Position numbers and translations under genes: made by a program. Below the pieces are notes generated by a model. That model did not search any database, had not been told where the DNA came from, and was given only the letters and a program-made list of their open reading frames with translations. DNA of 64,000 nt, from NCBI GenBank assembly GCA_905478415.1, contig CAJQIG010000005.1, positions 1,598 to 65,597 on the forward strand, read 5' to 3'. Below are positions 47,710-55,430 of the stretch, in pieces (position 1 is the stretch's first letter; every line of letters begins with the position of its first letter). This stretch comes from an uncultured Patescibacteria group bacterium. GTDB taxonomy: Bacteria > Patescibacteriota > Microgenomatia > UBA1400 > PJMF01.

Positions 47710-47883
47710 GCTAGCCATTGAGGGTGGGGAAAGAATCGAACTTTCCTCTCAACCATTCCACTCACAGGGAAGCATTCTGCCGCTGAACTAAAGGTGATAA
47801 TACTTTGCTCACCTTCTGGGTATCGAACCCAGGTCTCTTCCGTGGTGGGTCAACTGGGACTCGAACCCAGGACACCCTGCTTA
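47710..47883 (-). repeat. Right 174-bp island direct repeat (att)
   Basis: Matches 38208-38381 at an offset of 9502 bp. Confidence 0.95.
47764..47844 (-). ncRNA. Circularly permuted tRNA-Asp(GTC)-like element, copy 2, directly after the tRNA-Lys CCA
   Basis: 3' half 47844-47808, linker 47807-47798, 5' half 47797-47764. Confidence 0.7.
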
Positions 47884-47919
47884 AGAGGCAGGTGCTCTAA
47901 CCGACTGAGCTATTGACCC
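47843..47919 (-). tRNA. tRNA-Lys(CTT), island integration site
   Basis: GGGTCAA...TTGACCC ACCA, anticodon arm CCTGC-CTCTTAA-GCAGG. Confidence 0.97.
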
Positions 47920-48016
47920 GACTATTTTTGACAGCTATTTCCACTGTCAATCAGATCGGTAGTATATCAAAAAAAATACTTTTTGACCACTAGTCTGTCT
48001 CAAGAGATACAAAAGT

Positions 48017-48763
48017 CTAGTAACATCCAAAGGTGCTTTTTTCTCCATTACAGCAAAACGGTTTGGGATCCATTTTACGATACTTTTCCCAGTACTCTTC
48101 TTGCCAATAAGTACTATGCACGGTGTATCGACCTAGCTCTGGTGAGTAACAACCGCAAGGAATGTTTTCGAGAATATTTCCATCTGGGCAAATGGGAGCA
48201 ACTTGTTCCCAACAGTTTTGTTGTACTTCTTGGAGTTGGGCGGTTCGAGAGGCTTCATCTTCGCCAATAAGGGAAAGGCGTTCTACTTGTGAGGAGGTAA
48301 CTTCTTCTACTTGGATGTAATCGCAAACTTGGACTTTGCATTTTTCTGGTTGTGTCGTTAGATTGCAGATGGCAAATCCATTATCAAACGAGACTTTTGC
48401 TAAGTGTTTTTGGCTTGTCGAAGTAATAGCTGCAAAGGTGTAACACCGATCTGGGGCATTTGTGGCGAGACACTTCACCACGTTTGAGGTCATTTTAATT
48501 CCTTGTTGGGCTAAGGTGAGTTGTATCAGAGCAACAGGAGAAAAAAGTAGAAAGAAAAAGATTAAAACAAATGTTGTGATTGGATGATACTTATAGCGTT
48601 CACTTCTTCTTCTGAGGAAAGGAAGTGCAATGACGGTTAAAAGTGCGGTTAGTGCGCTAAAAAGGATAAAGATGATCAAAACAAGCCCATGGGTTTCCCA
48701 TAGCAGTCTTGGTAAAGAAGTGCAGACCCACGGTTGCATGGTACAAATTGAGTACTCGAACAT
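48017..48763 (-). CDS. Membrane protein with Cys-rich extracellular domain
   Basis: Two TM segments followed by about 11 Cys. Confidence 0.7.
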   Translation of the reverse strand: MFEYSICTMQPWVCTSLPRLLWETHGLVLIIFILFSALTALLTVIALPFLRRRSERYKYHPITTFVLIFFFLLFSPVALIQLTLAQQGIKMTSNVVKCLATNAPDRCYTFAAITSTSQKHLAKVSFDNGFAICNLTTQPEKCKVQVCDYIQVEEVTSSQVERLSLIGEDEASRTAQLQEVQQNCWEQVAPICPDGNILENIPCGCYSPELGRYTVHSTYWQEEYWEKYRKMDPKPFCCNGEKSTFGCY

Positions 48764-48896
48764 GTATTCAGTATAGATGATTTTCAGGTACTAAAAAAGC
48801 GGGCCTGAATAAACTATCCCTTTACAATACTACTCAAAACAATATATAGTATAAATACTTAACATAAAGCACAACATTTTGTGTATTTTGGATAAA

Positions 48897-49202
48897 ATGA
48901 TTACTTTCGTACATAAGTCAACACCACGCCGAAGAATTCAAGATTTTTTTTCATCTGTTTCAAAGCGTCACTCGCAAGCTAATACCTACTACTTGCAGGC
49001 TCGGGTCGATTACTTGAAAGCACAGATCTTTCGTTTGATTGCTTTGGCACAGCAAGATCCTAAAGCCAAAGGTGGTAAGGAAACACATGAGGATCAGATT
49101 ACTAGGCTTCGGGCAAAGCTCAGCCAGTGTCGTGAACACTTAGAAAGTGCGCGCCGCCAAAAAAATGTTCGGAAGCGCAACTCTATTATTTTAGAAATGT
49201 AG
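48897..49202 (+). CDS. Basic coiled-coil hypothetical protein
   Basis: ORF filling a gap upstream of the LCP gene. Confidence 0.5.
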   Translation: MITFVHKSTPRRRIQDFFSSVSKRHSQANTYYLQARVDYLKAQIFRLIALAQQDPKAKGGKETHEDQITRLRAKLSQCREHLESARRQKNVRKRNSIILEM

Positions 49203-49248
49203 GTTTTTCTCAGGTTATCATAGTGCCAGTATGGTAGTATGGCTTGGT

Positions 49249-50406
49249 ATGCAGCATATACATCGACTATTTTCGCTGTTACGTACATATAAATGGTACG
49301 TATTTTTTTTCTTGCTTGGGATGGTACTGATTGCCTTTTTTACTTTTTCAGTGGTAAAGTTTGGTTCTGTTTTTGTGGCTAGTAAACAAAACAAAGAAGT
49401 TGTGCAACCTGTGTCTCTGGTGACTCCAACGCCCTCTCCTCCACCCGACCCTCTTCGTCCATATACAATTTTACTGTTAGGATATGGTGGCTTTGGTCAT
49501 GATGGAGGGAGTCTGACAGACACCATGCTTTTAGCATACATCGTTCCTCGAGAACAACGAGCCACTTTATTTTCAATTCCTCGTGATCTTTGGGTTGAGT
49601 TACCAATTAAGACTGAAGAAAAAAAATGGGGAAAGATTAACTCAGCCTTTGCTATTGGTAATGATGATCGTAAATATACTCATAAACCTGAATTATTTAC
49701 TGGTGTAGGCGGCGGTGGCCGAATGGCGAAAGCTGTTGTGTCTGAAATTTTAGGGATTGAAGTTGATTACTTTGCAGCTATCGATTTTTCTGGCTTCACT
49801 CGCGCACTTGATTCTTTGGGGTCACTTTCAATTTCTGTGCCAATTACGTTTGATGACAAATTTTATCCAGTAGCAGGTAAAGAAGATGAAACTTGTGATA
49901 AGTCAGAAGAAGATATTGCAGCTTTGACAGCTACTATGAGTGGGTACAAACTGGAGCAAGAGTTTACTTGCCGGTATGAAGAACTACACTTTGATGCAGG
50001 TGTTCAGCCAATGGATGCTGAGACGGCACTCAAGTTTGTACGTTCTCGTCACTCAGAACAATATGGAGGTGATTTTGGTCGTTCACAGCGGCAGCAGGCA
50101 TTACTAGTTGCACTCAAGAACAAATTGTTTTCGCCAGCTGGTTTTGTAAAACTTGTTCCCACCGTTTTACAGCTGACTAACTATGTACAAACTGATATTA
50201 CGAGCGAAAAAATCAGAGATATTTTGACCACACATGAAGGTTTGAGAGACTATACCTTTAGCACAGTTCGTCTCACCGATAGCAAAGAGGACAATGTTTT
50301 ACAGCAGGGATATAGTAGCGATCGCCAGTACATTTTGATGCCAACTTCTGGTGAGGGAGACTGGACGAGTGTGCGTGAGTTTTTTGGACGAGAAGTTATC
50401 GAGTAA
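49249..50406 (+). CDS. LytR-CpsA-Psr (LCP) family protein
   Basis: Motifs LTDTM, SIPRDLW, KINSAF, ALKFVRSRH and DFGRSQRQQ. Confidence 0.93.
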   Translation: MQHIHRLFSLLRTYKWYVFFFLLGMVLIAFFTFSVVKFGSVFVASKQNKEVVQPVSLVTPTPSPPPDPLRPYTILLLGYGGFGHDGGSLTDTMLLAYIVPREQRATLFSIPRDLWVELPIKTEEKKWGKINSAFAIGNDDRKYTHKPELFTGVGGGGRMAKAVVSEILGIEVDYFAAIDFSGFTRALDSLGSLSISVPITFDDKFYPVAGKEDETCDKSEEDIAALTATMSGYKLEQEFTCRYEELHFDAGVQPMDAETALKFVRSRHSEQYGGDFGRSQRQQALLVALKNKLFSPAGFVKLVPTVLQLTNYVQTDITSEKIRDILTTHEGLRDYTFSTVRLTDSKEDNVLQQGYSSDRQYILMPTSGEGDWTSVREFFGREVIE

Positions 50407-50414
50407 CCACTTGG

Positions 50415-50690
50415 TTAGTTTTTTTGGCCCATTTCTGCAAGCCAGGCATCACTGAGGACTACTCCACCTTCGACTCTGGTAAGAAAATTCAGTTCGACTA
50501 GCTTGTCGATACTTCCAGATTGAGAAGTCATTGCCTCAGGAACGGGAGTGTTTGGGTGTGCTAAACAGTACTCCATAATTCCTTGTAAGACCCTACCGTC
50601 AGTCTCCATATTTAGGTTAGTAAATTCGTCGGAAAGAGTGCCGTTGGTTGCGTCAAAATCCATTCCTGTACCTGGCTGTGGTTCTAGCAT
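50415..50690 (-). CDS. Hypothetical protein
   Basis: 91 aa with an AAGGA RBS. Confidence 0.55.
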   Translation of the reverse strand: MLEPQPGTGMDFDATNGTLSDEFTNLNMETDGRVLQGIMEYCLAHPNTPVPEAMTSQSGSIDKLVELNFLTRVEGGVVLSDAWLAEMGQKN

Positions 50691-50799
50691 AGTTCCTTTA
50701 TTACTTATGTATACTCAAAGTATACCAGATGTTTTTAAAACTAAATTGAAATATAAACTCAGTACTTATAGTTTTGGAGTCCCATATCCAAGAATTTTT

Positions 50800-51336
50800 T
50801 TAATATGGTAAATCCCCCACATTAGGTCTCACTACTAATATTTGAGGGGGAACATTATTTTGAGTGCCTCTTATGGCAACAGAGCTTTTGTCATATCTAT
50901 TATTATGTTTAATGATTGATAGCTCAGGAACAAGATCAGATTTTTCATTTTTACTAAATAATTTTTCGCATTCTTCTTTTGTTCGTTTAATAGAACTATC
51001 TCCAGATTCAGAACCTGGAATGACCAGATAAGATAATTGGGCACCTTCTATTTGAGTTTTAAACTCAGTTATTAGTTGTTCTACATAACTTCGACCACTT
51101 TTATGAACTAAAGAAATGAAACTTTTTCCTTCCTTTGTTATTCCCCATAGTGCAATAACAATGCAATCAACTACTTGTGTAGCTTTTATTGTTCTTTTTA
51201 TCTCTTTTGTTTCATTATCAAACGTGACTAGAGATGATTTATCGGTTAGTAGGTTTTCGCTGCCTGCTCTAAAAAAACTATGATATAACTCAGCATTTAC
51301 TTGCGCATTATTTCCAGCGGTATCAAAAGATGACAT
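50800..51336 (-). CDS. Hypothetical protein (AT-rich; possible CheD/CNF1-like C..H motif)
   Basis: VVDCIVIAL...LVH pattern; weak. Confidence 0.55.
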   Translation of the reverse strand: MSSFDTAGNNAQVNAELYHSFFRAGSENLLTDKSSLVTFDNETKEIKRTIKATQVVDCIVIALWGITKEGKSFISLVHKSGRSYVEQLITEFKTQIEGAQLSYLVIPGSESGDSSIKRTKEECEKLFSKNEKSDLVPELSIIKHNNRYDKSSVAIRGTQNNVPPQILVVRPNVGDLPY

Positions 51337-51427
51337 ATCTTCGATATTACCATACTAATTTATATTAGACAAAGCAAGGGTTTTCAACCATTCAAATGAT
51401 GGCACTGTTGTACTATGTGGGAGTTAG

Positions 51428-52261
51428 TTATTTAGAGAATAAATATTTGTTGGCAACTAAAATTGATTCTGCTAAATATTTTTTATAAGTGTCTTTGTCT
51501 TTTTGATAAATATAGAACCAAAAACCAACAAATAGCTTTGTCATAGAAATCCACCAAAAAAATCTATATTCTCTTTCCTTAGTAAATTCTAAGCCACATT
51601 GGCTGACAAATGTGTTCCATTTTTCTTTCGGAACATAGTCCCATGCAAACTGCCCAATATCTCTCAATGGATCTGACATTCGCACATCATCCCAATCTAC
51701 AATATATATTTTCTCTTCCTTTAATATAAAGTTAGAAATATTTGGGTCAGCATGTATTGGTGTAGTTTCATCAGAAATAGCTTTAGGTTTTCCTTCAATT
51801 AACCTATCCAAGTGTTTTGTGACGGACTCATCTTTAGAAGAAGTATCTATTTCTTTTTTCCATTTTTCTACTTCTCTAAGAAATCTATTTGAAGTTTCCT
51901 TGTATTCTGAAGGAGTTTCAAGTTCTAAAATTGCTTTTAATTTTTCATCAGAATGGTATTTACAAATTAATTTTGCAATTTCTTGATAGTTTCTATTTAG
52001 CCATGCAGTGCTTGGTTGTTCTCCCGAGATATACTCTTGAACAATGATCTTGCTATCTGCATATAAGATTTGAGGTGTAATGTTTGTATCTGCCAATCTT
52101 AATAATGAGGTATTTACCGATTCAACTTTAATAAATACTTTATCTTTTTCAAGAACGCCAATATAGCTAGTTTTTGATTTACCAGCTGGACTCTCCTCTA
52201 GCTTCCAGTTGCCTTTTTTAATCTTACTATTAAGAACCTGTCTTATTTCTTCAATATTCAT
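51428..52261 (-). CDS. Aminoglycoside phosphotransferase/choline kinase family protein
   Basis: VFIK, IHADPNISNF, IVDWD and DPLRDI. Confidence 0.88.
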   Translation of the reverse strand: MNIEEIRQVLNSKIKKGNWKLEESPAGKSKTSYIGVLEKDKVFIKVESVNTSLLRLADTNITPQILYADSKIIVQEYISGEQPSTAWLNRNYQEIAKLICKYHSDEKLKAILELETPSEYKETSNRFLREVEKWKKEIDTSSKDESVTKHLDRLIEGKPKAISDETTPIHADPNISNFILKEEKIYIVDWDDVRMSDPLRDIGQFAWDYVPKEKWNTFVSQCGLEFTKEREYRFFWWISMTKLFVGFWFYIYQKDKDTYKKYLAESILVANKYLFSK

Positions 52262-52353
52262 ATATAAAAAATTATAACAGGTTTGAACTTTACCCTAAGG
52301 ATAAGTTTATGTGTCCTAATGGAGTGTGAGATCACCTAAAAAGAAAGAGATTG

Positions 52354-52424
52354 ATGCCCGACATGGATTTGAACCATGATTGACGGCTTCAAAGGCCGCT
52401 GTCCTGCCATTAGACGATCGGGCA
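52354..52424 (-). tRNA. tRNA-Gln(TTG)
   Basis: TGCCCGA/TCGGGCA acceptor (U1-A72), anticodon arm GCGGC-CTTTGAA-GCCGT. Confidence 0.95.
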
Positions 52425-52546
52425 ACGTGTAGCCAAGGCTACAGGGAAGTATTGTAACAAATTTTTTGAGTTTGCTCAATCTGTGTATTTATAGTTTCCA
52501 GGCTTCATCTATTCAAGTAAGGTGAATTGAGAGTATACTCAAATTC

Positions 52547-53080
52547 ATGAAGCATATTTTTAAAGACACAAACTTAATTAAACCAGCGGTGTTTGGTGCT
52601 ACTGATGGCATTATTACCACGTTTGCAGTCGTAGCCAGTGTGGCGGGAGCGAATCTTTCTCCAAGTATTGTGCTGATTATGGGCATTGCTAATATGTTGG
52701 GTGATGGGGTTAGTATGGGACTTGGTGATTACTTAGGTGAGCGATCAGAGCGTTTAGTTGTTTCTAAAGGAGAATGTGAAGACGCATGTAAAGGTGTTTG
52801 GAAAACAGGCGTAGTTACGTTTACTGCTTTTGTGATTGCGGGTGTATTTCCTCTTCTCCCCTATTTTCTTGAAGCTTTTGGAGTTCCTATTGCTCATGAA
52901 TCTCAGTTTATGTACTCGATTATTTCTACAATGATAACCTTGTTTGTAGTGGGGTCACTAAGAACCATCATTGTTCCAATTGCTTGGTGGAAAAATGGTT
53001 TAGAGATGCTACTGGTTGGATCAGCCGCCGCAAGTGTAGCGTACCTTTTTGGGTATTTAGTTGATGCTTGGGTACTCTAA
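52547..53080 (+). CDS. VIT1/CCC1 family Fe/Mn transporter
   Basis: VFGATDGIITTFAVV and GDGVSMGLGDYL. Confidence 0.92.
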   Translation: MKHIFKDTNLIKPAVFGATDGIITTFAVVASVAGANLSPSIVLIMGIANMLGDGVSMGLGDYLGERSERLVVSKGECEDACKGVWKTGVVTFTAFVIAGVFPLLPYFLEAFGVPIAHESQFMYSIISTMITLFVVGSLRTIIVPIAWWKNGLEMLLVGSAAASVAYLFGYLVDAWVL

Positions 53081-54624
53081 GCAGATTTCGAATCTAGTTC
53101 TCTATTGATCGTTCCAATTGTTTGGGGTCCATTGTAAATCATGCCCGTAATGAGTTGGAGTAAGTCGGCTCCAGCATCCAGTTTGGTCTGTGCAGTCTTT
53201 GTATCAAAAATTCCTCCACAACCGACGATAGTAAAGCGATTTTTAAAATTCTTTTTGGTGAGTTTAATTAAGTTATTTGATCTTTCGAAGGTGGGTTGTC
53301 CGCTAAGATTGCCTTTTCTTTGTTTCCAAATTTTCCGATCTGCATCTGTTACTGCTGGATTATTTTTATCTTTGGTTAAGTTGCCAAAAATAACTCCTTG
53401 GACAGTATGTGCGGCACTTACTCGTAAGAGAGCTAAGGTTTCTTTTTCGGATTGGTCTATTGGCATTTTTATATAGAGCGGTTTTGAAAGTTCCAGTGTG
53501 TCGATAACGCTCAGCAATTGCTCGAGTCGATTTGGAGTGGTAAATGGTTCGCCACCAAATGTATTTGGGCAGCTAATATTGAGTTCGTAGTAACTGTGAT
53601 GTACTTGTGATTTTTCAAAGAGTACAAAGCTTTTGATAACATCCATAACTTGCTCGTGATCAGAATCGAAGTGAGTATTGGTCGAAGCGATACTGATACC
53701 CACAGGGACAGAAAAATGAATGCCACTAAGTTTGGCAATAATTGTTTTTGCACCAAGTGATTTTAGTCCTTTGTTGACAATCAGTGCTTTTGAGTCTGGT
53801 AGTCTTCCAAGTCTGGGTTTAGGGTTCCCTTGGTATGGCTGGGCCGTCACTGTTCCAATTGTATGAAAGCCAAAGCCAACTGGTCCAAGGATGCGGGCCA
53901 TTTCTCCATTGTAATCAAAGCCAGCACAGAGGCCAATTTTATTTGGGAATGAAATTCCATTAAAGGTAACAGCAGTTGTTGGTGAGTTGTACGAAAATAT
54001 CCAGTTGGTGAGTGATCGGGTAAGACTATTTTGTCCCAAGATATACCCAGCTTTTGTAAAGGCAGTATGTATGGTCTCTGGATCAAATAAGAAAAGAACT
54101 GGTTTTAAAAGTTGGGTGTACAAGAAGTTAAAAATAGTGTGAGAAATAGTTTTTAAAAGAAGGTGTGGTTTTTTTTGAGTCATCGAGAAATATTTCCAAG
54201 AAACAAAGAATAGTGTCATGCTCGTCGCCGCTGAGATGAGGCAGTAGAGACACCAGCCTTTAATAACAAACGCCATGATAAACACTAAATACAAACTAAA
54301 AAGTCCCCCCAAGGTCGCCAATGTTGTAAAAAGTTGTGGCAAGGTTGCAAATGATTGTAGCTTTTTTGGTACAAAACCTTTGATATCTAATTCGAGGATA
54401 GTAGCAACTCCGAGAATAAAAAGAGTTAAGTAGAAAAGTAGTCCCAGTGCGTAGAGTGGTACTGGACCAATGTGGGCATACGGGCTTGAGAGGACTTCGC
54501 CACAACTAAAACCACTACCGCAAGGTGGGACTATGCCCTGCAATTCTTCATAGGCAAGGTAGCTTGCGTCAGCAATTCCAATAAGTGGTAGTGCGACGTG
54601 CAAAAGTAGGAGAAAAGTTTTCAT
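53077..54624 (-). CDS. VKOR domain fused to quinone-type dihydroorotate dehydrogenase
   Basis: N-terminal VKOR (C-GSGFS-C..VL.S.YA, WCLYC); C-terminal PyrD (FDPETIH, GLCAGFD, QGNPKPRL.R, NISCPN, GNLSG, GCGGI, LQLITG.IY.GP). Confidence 0.92.
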   Translation of the reverse strand: MKTFLLLLHVALPLIGIADASYLAYEELQGIVPPCGSGFSCGEVLSSPYAHIGPVPLYALGLLFYLTLFILGVATILELDIKGFVPKKLQSFATLPQLFTTLATLGGLFSLYLVFIMAFVIKGWCLYCLISAATSMTLFFVSWKYFSMTQKKPHLLLKTISHTIFNFLYTQLLKPVLFLFDPETIHTAFTKAGYILGQNSLTRSLTNWIFSYNSPTTAVTFNGISFPNKIGLCAGFDYNGEMARILGPVGFGFHTIGTVTAQPYQGNPKPRLGRLPDSKALIVNKGLKSLGAKTIIAKLSGIHFSVPVGISIASTNTHFDSDHEQVMDVIKSFVLFEKSQVHHSYYELNISCPNTFGGEPFTTPNRLEQLLSVIDTLELSKPLYIKMPIDQSEKETLALLRVSAAHTVQGVIFGNLTKDKNNPAVTDADRKIWKQRKGNLSGQPTFERSNNLIKLTKKNFKNRFTIVGCGGIFDTKTAQTKLDAGADLLQLITGMIYNGPQTIGTINRELDSKSA

Positions 54625-54628
54625 GTGG

Positions 54629-55393
54629 TTATTCTACACGCTCTTTCGGGGCTTTCAAGGTTGTTACATAGTAGGTATTTACTTCATTCTCTCGGCCGTC
54701 GGCACGATAAGTTGTTACAAGTTGTAGAGGAGTTCCTTTTAGCAAGTCTGCGACTTCTTCAGTTGTGTAGGCATGACAGTAGCGGATGGCTTGCTCTCCT
54801 CTTCTCCAGTCCAAAAAGTAATCGTTATTTTCAAGTTGGTTTGTGTCAATTTTGAGCTTTGTTGGAGCAATGAGCCGATCAGTGAATCGTTCAAACTCAA
54901 TAAAATTCCAGGTAGTAAATACGAGTTGACCTCCAGGGTTGAGCCGTGAAGCAAGTTTCTTTAGAAATATTTTTCGAAGTTGTGTACTTGGAATATGATG
55001 CATAACTCCAAAAACAGTGATCAGGTCAAAGGTTTGTGAATCAAAAGAAAGTAGTTTATTCGTTAACAAAGTTTCTAGGATATTTTCTTGGTTGAGTGTT
55101 ACTTTCTCTTTTTGAGGAGAGAGTGTTTTGATGGCAGCCTCAAGAAGAGTGGGATTTGAGTCAATTCCAGTATAGTGAGTCAGGTAATCAAAGTTTTCGA
55201 AGGCAAAAGCTCCAAATCGTCCATTTCCGCAGCCAAGGTCAAGGATCGTCTTGGTTGTTGAAGGTTCAATGTGTGTAAGCAGTGTTTCCCATCCGGGCCA
55301 GATATGGTTGCGAGTAGTATCAAATTCCTTGGCAGTTGTAGTGTAAAAGTCCGCATTAAGTTGGTTGAGTGCAGAAATTGTGTGAATATCCAT
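54629..55393 (-). CDS. Class I SAM methyltransferase, Trm9/ALKBH8-like
   Basis: FY...A.EFD.TR...WP, LDLGCGNGR, VMHHI, L.PGG...TTW and RYCH.Y...E. Confidence 0.8.
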   Translation of the reverse strand: MDIHTISALNQLNADFYTTTAKEFDTTRNHIWPGWETLLTHIEPSTTKTILDLGCGNGRFGAFAFENFDYLTHYTGIDSNPTLLEAAIKTLSPQKEKVTLNQENILETLLTNKLLSFDSQTFDLITVFGVMHHIPSTQLRKIFLKKLASRLNPGGQLVFTTWNFIEFERFTDRLIAPTKLKIDTNQLENNDYFLDWRRGEQAIRYCHAYTTEEVADLLKGTPLQLVTTYRADGRENEVNTYYVTTLKAPKERVE

Positions 55394-55430
55394 AGGTACT
55401 GCTATAATACCAGAGAAAATAGATTTATTT

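Larger units (their letters stand above)
38382..47883. mobile_element. Tyrosine-integrase genomic island (~9.5 kb) in tRNA-Lys(CTT)
   Basis: Integrase next to the intact tRNA, flanking direct repeats ending in the anticodon loop, visibly more AT-rich, defence-like cargo. Confidence 0.92.

Noticed and set aside
47719-47797. Reading the Asp 5' half plus the downstream T-arm as one normal tRNA-His(GTG)
   Set aside because: The acceptor strands TCACCTT and CCCACCC do not pair and the anticodon loop is irregular; the 5' half pairs perfectly with the upstream 3' half instead.
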